A DNA stretch of 64,000 bases from Octopus bimaculoides. Taxonomy: Eukaryota. Positions 63,236 to 64,000 of this stretch are shown here, piece by piece (the first letter of the stretch is position 1; each line of letters opens with the position of its first letter). A program made the position numbers and the translations under genes. Under the pieces are notes generated by a model. It had not been told where the DNA came from. It did no database searches and worked only from the letters and a program-made list of their open reading frames with translations. The stretch spans positions 49,968,852-50,032,851 of the forward strand of contig NC_068995.1 in the NCBI RefSeq assembly GCF_001194135.2, in the 5' to 3' direction.

Positions 63236-63778
63236 AGAATGATTAAAACAAACAGGTGAATAAAAATAAAACAGCAATTACTTTTAGCTATAAACGGAAA
63301 GAATTTTAGTAAAAAAAAACCTAATATTTTAAAATTTATTTTCAGCGTTTTAAAACTGAGAATCATATCATGGAATATTGGAGAAAAGGCTGAAATCAAT
63401 TAATTTTGAGAGGTCAAAGGAAGAGAAGCGAGGAAATAAGGAAAAGAAAATGACAAGAAGAAAGGAATAAAAAAAATAAAAAAATCGAAAAAAAATCGTG
63501 TGTGGTGGAGGTGGTGGTCGTGGGAAGAAGTAAGAGGAGTGAAAGAGAAAATGAATAAAAGAAGAAGAAAATAAAAATAATCTTGTTTGACATAAAAGAA
63601 AAATGAAATAAGAAAAGAAGAGAAAAAGATTAATATAATATGCAGCTTAAAGTGAGAAAGTCATCGATATGGGGGGGGGGNNNNNNNNNNNNNNNNNNNN
63701 NNNNNNNNNNNNNNNNNNNNNNNNNNNNNNNNNNNNNNNNNNNNNNNNNNNNNNNNNNNNNNNNNNNNNNNNNNNNNN

Positions 63779-63828
<50 letters not shown>

Positions 63829-64000
63829 GAAAGAAGGAAAGCAATATATAAATTTAAGTGATGCAACAAGGAGTAATTTAATGGCTAGCAACAACTGACA
63901 GACAAACAGACAAAACATTAAATAAACTAAGTGTGACTGTGTCTCAGCAGAAGATGGCGCTGAGGTGAGCAACAGTGTTAATGGAGATCTATCGACAAAA

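Overview
AT-rich, microsatellite- and SINE-dense metazoan genomic DNA; the repeat families look like those of Octopus (inference). Ten N gaps are present. Two spliced genes lie in tandem on the minus strand. (1) BAZ1B/WSTF: I traced 31 coding exons by hand from the ATG at 47310 to the window edge. All joins are GT-AG and phase-compatible, giving about 1467 aa in-window: WAC, a Lys/Ser-rich linker, DDT, WHIM1-3, two PHD fingers and poly-Glu tracts. The expected bromodomain lies beyond position 1. Intron 2 is 17 kb and its 5' (high-coordinate) part is CpG-rich. (2) CUEDC2: the last four coding exons (62043 to the stop at 57450); its 5' exons were not found. The rest is tRNA/CORE-type SINEs, LINE fragments (RTE, RTE-X, BovB-like, CR1/L2-like), a CRE-clade-like RLE fragment, piggyBac/hAT/Tc1-type MITEs and a decayed DNA transposon. 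I found no clearly novel multi-gene system. The best leads are the tandem-PHD WSTF that seems to lack the vertebrate kinase-cysteine context, promoter-like CpG-rich islands inside BAZ1B introns, and the CRE-like RLE fragment.
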